A stretch of 64,000 bases of DNA, taken from Candidatus Poribacteria bacterium (GTDB lineage Bacteria; Poribacteria; WGA-4E; PCPOR2b). Of the stretch, positions 51,290 through 59,764 are shown one piece after another; the first letter of the stretch is position 1; each line of letters begins with the position of its first letter. The position numbers and the translations under genes are program-made. The stretch is taken from contig OZ240245.1 in the NCBI GenBank assembly GCA_965198175.1, forward strand, positions 2,784,001 to 2,848,000, written 5' to 3'. The notes beneath the pieces were generated by a model, which did not search any database, had not been told where the DNA came from, and worked only from the letters and a program-made list of their open reading frames with translations.

Positions 51290-51638
51290 GTCTATCTCCT
51301 CACCTGCTAGCATGGGTTTTATGGAGGATACTAGGTCTGCCGGGCGTCAGTTGAGCTAGCATCGATCAGTTTCTACGTCGCCTTGTGTAGAACGCTTCCG
51401 TATAATTCCCTTCATTTCCACTATAACGCAGACACTAGGTACAGTCGGGTATCAGCGAACCTGCCATTCATCGTGAATTGAATCCCAGCCCATTGAGGCT
51501 GTTTGGTCAACTATCAGACTCATTGCAGAAAGAAATTCGCACAAACCATGAAGTTAAGATTTGTGCGAGATTAATCTGACCAATCCAATTTTTCACGATT
51601 TTACGTTTTACTGACCCAACGCAAAAATAAAGGGCATA

Positions 51639-52427
51639 ATGATGAAAATCCCAGTCGCAAGATTAACCGTCGTGGGAGTAGCTTTCATATTCCTGGGAGT
51701 TATTCTCGCAGGACAAAGCCGCGCCGATTTAGATATCAATTCCGTTAAGGGAGCATGGTTGCTTGATGAGGGCGGGGACGAGATTGCCAAGGATACTTCG
51801 CGCAATGGGAATGATGGAACACTCATGAACGCCCCGAAATGGGTTGAGGGTAGGCATGGCGAGGCTTTGATGTTTGATGGAGACGGCACCTATGTTGAAA
51901 TTCCGCATGATAAGAGTTTAGTTGTAAAAGAAGCTTTTTCACTTGCATTCTGGATGACAGCAAATCTGATTCCACCCGGAGGAACAACCAGAACTCTTGT
52001 TTCCAAAAATAAATGGGAGGTGACAATAGATAATGGAACGGTGCGGTTTGTGCTCAAACCAAAAAATGAGGTTTGTTGTAAAACACTATGGGGGGTGACA
52101 GCGCTAAAAATAGACACTTGGTATCATGTGGCATGTACTTACAACAACAAACACATGATATTGTATATTGACGGCGTATTTGACGGTGCTCGCGAAGCAT
52201 CGGGTGATATAAGCGGAACGCAGGACATTCATATCGGTCACGACGTTGATCTCCATGGAGTTGGAGGATTTTTCGATGTCATCATTGATGAAGTTATCCT
52301 CTTTGATGTTGCTATCACCGAGGATGATGTAAAAAGCCTCATGAATGATGGCGTCGCTCTACTACTCCCAGTTTCTGCCTCCAGCAGACTAGCTACCGTG
52401 TGGGGACAGATAAAGAACGACCAATAA
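51639..52427 (+). CDS. Secreted LamG-like jellyroll protein
   Basis: Signal peptide, AWLLDEG, KDTSRNGNDG, WYHVACTY, LYIDG, IDEV; tail VSASSRLATVWGQIK. Confidence 0.92.
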   Translation: MMKIPVARLTVVGVAFIFLGVILAGQSRADLDINSVKGAWLLDEGGDEIAKDTSRNGNDGTLMNAPKWVEGRHGEALMFDGDGTYVEIPHDKSLVVKEAFSLAFWMTANLIPPGGTTRTLVSKNKWEVTIDNGTVRFVLKPKNEVCCKTLWGVTALKIDTWYHVACTYNNKHMILYIDGVFDGAREASGDISGTQDIHIGHDVDLHGVGGFFDVIIDEVILFDVAITEDDVKSLMNDGVALLLPVSASSRLATVWGQIKNDQ

Positions 52428-52514
52428 TTCCGATTCGCTTAATCCCGTTACTATTGAATAGGTATTCCAAAAGAGAACTCACACAACCACAAAATAAGTA
52501 AAGGAGAGCTAACA

Positions 52515-53351
52515 ATGTCTAAGAACATGTTGAAATGGTTGTTCGGTACACTGTTTTCGGCGGGTTTGGTACTCGCCGGGCTAAGTGCCCACAGCATTGA
52601 CGAGAACAACATCCTTGTTCACTGGTCATTTGACGAACTGGACAATGAGATGTTCAAAGATGAATCGGGCAACGGTTACGATGCAGAACTGGTAGCACCT
52701 GGCGAACTTGTCGAAGGGAAGTTCAACCAAGCTGTTCATCTGCCCGGCGGCTTCGTCAAGCTACCTCCAAGCGACGTTGTTCAGAGTGTAGGCGATACAG
52801 GTGAAATTACAATGGAGGCATGGGTTTTCTTCAACGAGCTTCCGCCCGCACAGTGGGATGGAGTCATCTCGGATAGCACCGCACAATTCCGCATGATGGT
52901 GCAAGCCCCGGACCACAACCCGTACTGGAACGTGGGTAATCGCGCAGACAAAAGCCATCAGGCTTTCAAGTTCAAGAAGAACAAATGGTATCACTATGTC
53001 GTCCTTGGTGATACCGCTAACAGCAAAGTTTATATTGACGGGGAGCTCGTCGCTGAAGAAGCCCAACCGCCGAACCTCGAAAAGAATCTGCCCAAACCAC
53101 CGGACATCAACAAGCCCTTCCAAATGCCGGAGCTCAAACAGGTGTCAATCTTCGTCGGTGCCGGCGAAGCTGAACATGTCTGGAGGATTGACGACGCAAT
53201 TATTGATGAGGTCGCTATCTACAACAAAGTGCTCACCGAAGCGGAAATCAACGATTTGACAGAGCGAGGACTTGGCGAGGTACTCCGCGCGGTCAATCCG
53301 CAAGGTAAGTTAGCTACCCGTTGGGGTGAAATAAAAATGCAGCGCCATTAA
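52515..53351 (+). CDS. Secreted LamG-like protein, close paralog of 49518-50360
   Basis: Shares NNILVHWSFDELD, SVGDTGEITMEA, PYWN and FVGAGEA; tail VNPQGKLATRWGEIKMQRH. Confidence 0.92.
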   Translation: MSKNMLKWLFGTLFSAGLVLAGLSAHSIDENNILVHWSFDELDNEMFKDESGNGYDAELVAPGELVEGKFNQAVHLPGGFVKLPPSDVVQSVGDTGEITMEAWVFFNELPPAQWDGVISDSTAQFRMMVQAPDHNPYWNVGNRADKSHQAFKFKKNKWYHYVVLGDTANSKVYIDGELVAEEAQPPNLEKNLPKPPDINKPFQMPELKQVSIFVGAGEAEHVWRIDDAIIDEVAIYNKVLTEAEINDLTERGLGEVLRAVNPQGKLATRWGEIKMQRH

Positions 53352-53442
53352 CTTGATTGCAGATGTTTCACCATGAAAATGGGAAAATGGGGATTGCTTG
53401 GTTTCTTACCGACGCGGTACACATCATTGAGACCATTAAACA

Positions 53443-54864
53443 GTGGATTTTAAGTGCAGCATCCCTAAAACTCTCTTGCTGTCAATGGTATTGCTCATTA
53501 ACACCTGGCCGCTGCATGCCCAGCAAAAGGACAACCGCGATTCATCTCCATCTGTTCACACCAGAGGTGAATCGCAACAATCTACAGCCGCATTGCAGAA
53601 ACACCTCGATGCGGCTAATCTTTATGCGAAACAAAACGATATCTCAAAAGCCATTGAACAGCTCCACACAATGCTGGGGATAGACCCGCAATGCATTGAG
53701 GCACACATTCAGCTTGGGATTTTCTACTCCAAAATAGGAAATCTCGACGACGCTCTTCAATCATATTCACAGGTGGTGAAACTCAGACCCAAATCTTTCT
53801 CTGCTCACTACAACTTGGGAGTTATCCTCGCACGGAGAGGATCGTTTGAAAAAGCCAAGACGGAATATCAGCTTGCCATCCAACTAGATCCAAATCAGCC
53901 CTTGCCGCACTATCAACTCGGTTTTGTGCTTGCCCAACAGGGCAAATATGAGGAAGCCCTCCCTAAATACAAGAAAGCAGTTGCGCTTGCTCCCAATGCG
54001 AGCGCCCATTATCAACTCGCCAATACATACTTCCGCTTGGGAAATCGAGATGAAGGCGAGCGACAATTAAAAAAATTCAGGGGCGTTCAGGCAAAACAAC
54101 TTTTCGACAAAGCGGAACAATCTTTCAAAAGCGGAAATGTGCAGGAAGCCATTAAATCATATCAGAGGGTGCTTGACACGGAAATTGAATTCGCCCCTGC
54201 CTATGCTAGACTCGGCGCAATTGCGCTTCAACAAGAAGAATTGGAAAATGCGATTCGACATTATAGTGCATATTTAAAGTTAAAACCGGAATCGGTGCAA
54301 GCCCGGCAGACGTTGGGTGCCGTGGCTCTGAAAATAAAGGATTTTGCAACGGCGGCAGAAGAATTTGAACAGGTAATTGCGAAAAATCCTACAGACGCTT
54401 ATCCGTATTATGGGCTTGGCGCAGCCTATTTAGGAAGTTCTCAATTGGAAAATGCGGAAAAATATTTGCAAAGAGCGCTTGAAATAGAACCGGATTTCGC
54501 AGAGGCTTATTACCAACTTGGATGGGTTTATCGGGAACGCGGTCAAATCGAAAAAGCGATTGAATCTTTTAAGCGTTCAATTGCGCTTCGACCGAATTTG
54601 GCGCCGGCATGCAATACGCTCGCATGGTACTACGTTGAACAAGAGCAGCATTTAAATGATGCGATTACATTTGCGAAAAGAGCGGTTGAATCTGATCCGA
54701 TTGCGCCTTACTGGGATACACTCGCTATTGCCCTTTATAAAAATCGAAGATACATAGAAGCGTCTGAGGCAATTGGTAAAGCGCTCGAGCTACAACCGAC
54801 CCATCCCGAATACGTGGCACATCAGAAATTAATTAGGAATGGAATTATCGAGCAGAACAGATGA
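53443..54864 (+). CDS. Secreted TPR-repeat protein
   Basis: About ten TPR units (AHYNLG, AYYQLG, ALELQP); signal-peptide-like N-terminus. Confidence 0.92.
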   Translation: MDFKCSIPKTLLLSMVLLINTWPLHAQQKDNRDSSPSVHTRGESQQSTAALQKHLDAANLYAKQNDISKAIEQLHTMLGIDPQCIEAHIQLGIFYSKIGNLDDALQSYSQVVKLRPKSFSAHYNLGVILARRGSFEKAKTEYQLAIQLDPNQPLPHYQLGFVLAQQGKYEEALPKYKKAVALAPNASAHYQLANTYFRLGNRDEGERQLKKFRGVQAKQLFDKAEQSFKSGNVQEAIKSYQRVLDTEIEFAPAYARLGAIALQQEELENAIRHYSAYLKLKPESVQARQTLGAVALKIKDFATAAEEFEQVIAKNPTDAYPYYGLGAAYLGSSQLENAEKYLQRALEIEPDFAEAYYQLGWVYRERGQIEKAIESFKRSIALRPNLAPACNTLAWYYVEQEQHLNDAITFAKRAVESDPIAPYWDTLAIALYKNRRYIEASEAIGKALELQPTHPEYVAHQKLIRNGIIEQNR

Positions 54865-56533
54865 AAATATCCTTCAGCGATCGGTGGCGGAGAGCATCTA
54901 TTTTATAGTCCTCGCCATTACGCTTTGCACTTGCCAAATCCTCAATGCACAGACACCAATATTCACAGATGTAACTGCGGAAACCGGAATTGATTTTCAT
55001 CATACGGACGGTAGAAGCGGAAGATACTATCTTCTCGAAGAGTTAGGTTCCGGAGCGGCATTTTTTGATTACGATAACGACGACGACCTAGATATCTATT
55101 TTGTGAATGGTACAAATCTTCCAGGTGCTCAATCCGAGAGGCAACCAACAAATGTACTTTACCGCAACAACGGAGATGGTACGTTTACCGATGTGACGAA
55201 ACTGGGCGGCGTCGGCGACACCGGCTATGGGGTTGGCTGTTGCGTTGGAGACATTGACAATGACGGCTATCTGGATATATATGTAACAAACTTTGGAAAA
55301 AACGTCCTCTACCGCAATAACGGAGACGGCACCTTTTCTGATGTAACGGACGCAGCTAATGTTGGGGACGGGCGTTGGGGTGCAAGTTGCGCCTTTGCCG
55401 ATTATGATAATGACGGTGACCTAGATTTGTACGTGGCGAATTACGTTGAATTTCAGATGGACGAAAACAGAGTTTGCCATCGTAGCGGGATACGAACGTA
55501 TTGTCCGCCGCAAGCCTTTGCCGGTGAGGACGATATACTTTATCGAAATAACGGGAACAGCAGCTTTACGCAAGTTACTCAAGAAGCGGGTGTTTCCAAT
55601 CCACGTGGCAGAGGGCTTGGCGTTGTCTGGGGAGATTACGACAACGACGGCTATCTCGACCTTTATGTAGCGAATGATACCAATGAAAACTATCTCTTCC
55701 GCAATAACCACAACGGCACCTTTTCCGAGGTAGCCTTTTTTGCAGGTTGTGCGTTAAGTGAGCACGGCAAAATGGAAAGCGGTATGGGTGTTGACTTCGG
55801 GGATTACGACAACGACGGTTTTTTGGACATCGCTGTTACCAATTTTCAAGACGAAGTAGCAACGCTATACCGCAATAACGGAAATGGATTCTTTACAGAT
55901 GTTTCATATGCCTCCGGCACAGGTGAAAAAACTTTGCCATCTTTAGGTTGGAGCGTGTGTTTTTTCGACTATGACAACGATGCGGACAAGGATATATTTA
56001 TAGCCAACGGACATGTTTACGACAATGTTGAATTATTTGAACCTGCCACGACTTACGCACAATCCAACCACCTTTTTGAAAATCGGGGGGACGGTACTTT
56101 TCAAGAAGCTACCGCCCATGTCGGTGCGGATATGTCCCGCAAAGCACCCAGCCGTGGTGCCATCTTTGGGGATTATGACAACGACGGTGACATTGATATA
56201 TTGGTCACAAACAGCAACACAAAGCCGCAACTCCTTAGAAATGATGGAGGCAATCGTAACAATTGGATTAAGGTGCGTGCTATCGGTAAGGCAAGCAACC
56301 GCCCAGGCATCGGAACCAGAATCAAAGTCGCCACAGGCGATCTGTTTCAGATTGCTGAGGTAAAAAGTGGTTCCGGCTATCTCGGGCAAAATGATTCGTC
56401 CCTCCATTTCGGTCTGGGAAATTACACCGTGGTTGATAAAATCACTGCCATCTTTCCAAGTGGAAGAGTCCACGCAATCGAGGCAGCGGCAGCCAATCAG
56501 GTTATTGAAATTGAAGAACCCCAGAAGAAATGA
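54839..56533 (+). CDS. CRTAC1 family protein (FG-GAP repeats plus ASPIC/UnbV)
   Basis: Repeated DYDNDGxLD and LYRNNGDGTF; C-terminal SGSGYLGQN..LHFGLG. Confidence 0.95.
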   Translation: MELSSRTDENILQRSVAESIYFIVLAITLCTCQILNAQTPIFTDVTAETGIDFHHTDGRSGRYYLLEELGSGAAFFDYDNDDDLDIYFVNGTNLPGAQSERQPTNVLYRNNGDGTFTDVTKLGGVGDTGYGVGCCVGDIDNDGYLDIYVTNFGKNVLYRNNGDGTFSDVTDAANVGDGRWGASCAFADYDNDGDLDLYVANYVEFQMDENRVCHRSGIRTYCPPQAFAGEDDILYRNNGNSSFTQVTQEAGVSNPRGRGLGVVWGDYDNDGYLDLYVANDTNENYLFRNNHNGTFSEVAFFAGCALSEHGKMESGMGVDFGDYDNDGFLDIAVTNFQDEVATLYRNNGNGFFTDVSYASGTGEKTLPSLGWSVCFFDYDNDADKDIFIANGHVYDNVELFEPATTYAQSNHLFENRGDGTFQEATAHVGADMSRKAPSRGAIFGDYDNDGDIDILVTNSNTKPQLLRNDGGNRNNWIKVRAIGKASNRPGIGTRIKVATGDLFQIAEVKSGSGYLGQNDSSLHFGLGNYTVVDKITAIFPSGRVHAIEAAAANQVIEIEEPQKK

Positions 56534-56696
56534 TGTGCAGCCATCATTTCTTCCCATACAACTACGCACATGAAGGCAGAAAAAATAGAGTGGTGTTTGA
56601 TTTCTGTTGACGAGGGCGTGGAAACTAGGTAAAATGGTTCGCAATTTAATTCTAATTGAGCAGATTTGGGCTCTCTCTGGATTAAATGTATTATGT

Positions 56697-56733
56697 AAAT
56701 TCTCCCCCTTACCAAGGGGGAGTTAGAGGGGGT
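56697..56733. repeat. REP-like palindromic intergenic repeat, copy 2
   Basis: AAATTCTCCCCCTTACCAAGGGGGAGTTAGAGGGGGT matches 2766-2802. Confidence 0.75.
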
Positions 56734-56811
56734 GCAGTTCTGTTTCAAAGCCAACAATAACTGATTTTGACAAATAAATATATTGAACAGACAGCATCAA
56801 GGAGTTCCGCC

Positions 56812-57777
56812 ATGAAATACGATAAAGAAAATCGAACGTTTGACTGTGATCCTACCCTGACAGACTCGCAGGTGCTCGAATTTTGCCGGAACGGTTACCT
56901 GATTCTGGAAGGCGTTGTGCCAGATGACATTAATCAACGCACCTGCGATTACTTGGATGGAAAGACACCGGCTGAACCCATCTATATTCCCGAAGGATTG
57001 ACAGTTGAGGACCTAGAGAGTTTTCGCACCACAGGCGAACCCTCCGGAATCATGCTTGAGGAGTGGTTTATTGAGCATGTCCTTCTCAATCCCCAGCTTG
57101 GAGGCGCATTGCGATCGTTGCTCGGGAAAAACGTGGGGCTGCCGTCGGTTATCAGTCACCATCGGGCTGAATGTCCCGCCGGACCACAGGGATGGCATCA
57201 CGATGCTGACTGCGTGTTTGGGCCCGAAGTCAACTTTGTCGAAGTGTTCTACTATCCTCAGGACACGCCGCGGGAATTGGGGCCCACTGAGATTGTGCCA
57301 GGCTCTCACATTCGCCGTGTCCGTGTAGAACCGGGGAAGGACGAGTTTCGAGAAGTTCCGCCGCAGCCGCCGCACTTTGTTGTTTGGGAGCCCACCAAGG
57401 TTGTAACCACTGCACCTGCTGGGACGCTTATCATTCATCATCAAAGTGTTATGCATCGCAAAGGCCCATCCACGGTAAAAGGACTGCGCCGTATGCTAAA
57501 ACACAACTACTGGCGAACTGTCCCGCCAGAAAGAGATTGGATTATTGAGCCGGACTTTGACTTTCAGACAGCCGATTATTGGGGGCATGGAATGGCCAAA
57601 TATATTGCGCACATGTTCTATTGGCTGTGCGGGAAGGGGGATGAGTTCCGGATAATGGGTGGTCAAGCCTGGCCCTGGCATAACCAAAACCAAATCGGTA
57701 AATCTTATGGATTTGGGCTAACTGAAGGCTATCGCCCCAACTGGCGAAATAATAACGTTGATGATTACGCAGCTTGA
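56812..57777 (+). CDS. PhyH family dioxygenase (CEPTL subfamily)
   Basis: AAGGAG plus ATG 56812; CDPTLTDSQVLEFC, WHHD, FYYPQDTP, PGSH, MHR. Confidence 0.9.
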   Translation: MKYDKENRTFDCDPTLTDSQVLEFCRNGYLILEGVVPDDINQRTCDYLDGKTPAEPIYIPEGLTVEDLESFRTTGEPSGIMLEEWFIEHVLLNPQLGGALRSLLGKNVGLPSVISHHRAECPAGPQGWHHDADCVFGPEVNFVEVFYYPQDTPRELGPTEIVPGSHIRRVRVEPGKDEFREVPPQPPHFVVWEPTKVVTTAPAGTLIIHHQSVMHRKGPSTVKGLRRMLKHNYWRTVPPERDWIIEPDFDFQTADYWGHGMAKYIAHMFYWLCGKGDEFRIMGGQAWPWHNQNQIGKSYGFGLTEGYRPNWRNNNVDDYAA

Positions 57778-57881
57778 TTGAGCTCACGGTAAATCAGATA
57801 CTACACTGTCAAGACTGTCAGGAATTTCGCTTTTCATATCCATCCTTAATCGTCTCCACAGAAGAAAGACGGGGTCTATAC

Positions 57882-58712
57882 ATGTCGAGGGTTCTGTTTT
57901 CAATGCTCGTCCTTGTCCTGATGTCGGGCTGGATATCGGGAATAACACCGGTTTCCCAAGCCAAGGTGATAGGTGCCTGGCTCTTCAATGAAGGGAAAGG
58001 CAATGTTGCCAAGGATTCCGCCGGTAACGGGTTTGACCTGGAGGTCGTCAAAGGGAAGTGGCTTGAAGGTGGAGGCTCATTTGATGGAGCCTTGGGATTT
58101 AGTATGGCAACATATGCTTGGATCGAGGTCAAAAAGAAAGACGCAGAGTTTAACCTTGATAAAGGAGAATTCACGATTATAACGAGGGGATACCTAACAG
58201 GATTGAGCTCGTGTTGTGCAGGGATTCCCCGTTGGGAGGCACTCAGCGGAGACTTCGACCGTGCAGGATGGCTCATACATCCGGATACAGGAGCACCCGA
58301 CTATGTGTTTAGTTGGTGGTATAATGATGGAGGCTGGACCAAAGCTGGAAGTTCAGGTGCACTAAGGTTTAAAGCGGAGTGGCATCAGTTTGCCGTGACT
58401 TTTGATACAAAGAGGATACTGATGTATCTTGACGGCGAAGAGATAGTTGACTTCCCAACGAACCGTGGGCCAACCCCCTTTGAAGACGGTGGAACACTCA
58501 CTTACTCCCGCGACCGCTGTTGTGTCCCGCCCCGGATGTTCACCGGCGCCATCGATGAAAGCCTTATAGCGGATGAAGCCTTCTCAGCAGCCGTAATTGC
58601 AGAATCAGCGAAGAAAGGACTTCAAGATACAGCCGCATTCAGACAGGTGTTCGCCGTCAATGAGCGCGGTAAGTTAGCCACGACCTGGAGCCGATTGAAA
58701 ACCCTATACTAA
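57882..58712 (+). CDS. Secreted LamG-like protein
   Basis: Signal peptide from ATG 57882, AWLFNEG, KDSAGNG, WHQFAVTF, MYLDG, IDE; tail VNERGKLATTWSRLK. Confidence 0.9.
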   Translation: MSRVLFSMLVLVLMSGWISGITPVSQAKVIGAWLFNEGKGNVAKDSAGNGFDLEVVKGKWLEGGGSFDGALGFSMATYAWIEVKKKDAEFNLDKGEFTIITRGYLTGLSSCCAGIPRWEALSGDFDRAGWLIHPDTGAPDYVFSWWYNDGGWTKAGSSGALRFKAEWHQFAVTFDTKRILMYLDGEEIVDFPTNRGPTPFEDGGTLTYSRDRCCVPPRMFTGAIDESLIADEAFSAAVIAESAKKGLQDTAAFRQVFAVNERGKLATTWSRLKTLY

Positions 58713-58858
58713 TCTGTGATACGAGGTTTAATTCTTGTTGCGATGGATGTAGGAGTAAAACCCCTGACCCCGAATAACGTAGGACGACGTATTACGCATC
58801 ACCGAACCGAATTTTCGAAGAACATAAACCATGTCTATAGAAATGGAGAAAAATCGCT

Positions 58859-59731
58859 ATGACAGCTATGAGAACAACCAATTGTGAACCCACGCTAAAT
58901 GACCACCAGGTCTGGGAATTTTGCAAAAACGGGTTCCTTGCCCTACACGATGTTGTAGGTGACGAGATTAACAAGAAAGTTCTTGAATTCCTTGAAGCCC
59001 ACGACGGGCGGGGCGGGGAGCTGATCAATGAGGAGTGGTTTGTTGAAAACGTCTTTCTCAATCCTCAAGCCGCGGGCGCAGTGCGGTCATTGCTCGGCGA
59101 CAACTTTTCCCTGCCTATCGGAATGGGCAATCATCGAGTTGTCTGTCCCGCCCCAAGTCAGGGATGGCATCACGATGGGGCTTCACTGGTGGGACCAGAG
59201 TTGAATCACTTGCAGGTGTTTTACTATCCTCAAGATTGCCCGGAGGACATGGGACCGACCGGATTGGTGCCCGGCTCGCATTTTCTACACGCCTTACAAA
59301 GCTGGATGAGCCACTATGGCGACATTCGCGGCGCCGTCAAAACCACAGCCCCCGCCGGTTCGATTTTCATAACCGTCTATCCGATATGGCATCGCCGCTC
59401 TAAATCGACTGCAAAAGCGATTCGCAATATGCTCAAATACTGCTATTGGCGAACTACGCCCCCGCAGCACGATTGGATAGCCGTACCGAATTATAACCCA
59501 ATGACAGCAGACTTTCCCGACGCAACCGCCGCGCCGCGCCAACAGTGTCAGTCTTGGTATGAAGTCGCTGAGATGTATTACTGGCTGCGCGGAGAACTGG
59601 ACACGTTCTATGGAATAATGGGCGGTGAAGGCTGGCCGCACGGCTATCCCGTACTGTGGAAACCTGAAGGATTCCACAGGTTTCCGAAGTCGGCGGCTCA
59701 ACACGATTCTATTGAAGGGCAATCCCTTTAA
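58859..59731 (+). CDS. PhyH family dioxygenase (CEPTL subfamily)
   Basis: CEPTLNDHQVWEFC, WHHD, FYYPQD, PGSH, IWHR. Confidence 0.9.
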   Translation: MTAMRTTNCEPTLNDHQVWEFCKNGFLALHDVVGDEINKKVLEFLEAHDGRGGELINEEWFVENVFLNPQAAGAVRSLLGDNFSLPIGMGNHRVVCPAPSQGWHHDGASLVGPELNHLQVFYYPQDCPEDMGPTGLVPGSHFLHALQSWMSHYGDIRGAVKTTAPAGSIFITVYPIWHRRSKSTAKAIRNMLKYCYWRTTPPQHDWIAVPNYNPMTADFPDATAAPRQQCQSWYEVAEMYYWLRGELDTFYGIMGGEGWPHGYPVLWKPEGFHRFPKSAAQHDSIEGQSL

Positions 59732-59764
59732 CCGCTAGGTCCGCCAAGAAAGATTGCTGTAATT

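Noticed and set aside
56670..56700. dif-like site (TTATGTAAAT)
   Set aside because: Only an imperfect XerD arm; no credible XerC arm or spacer.
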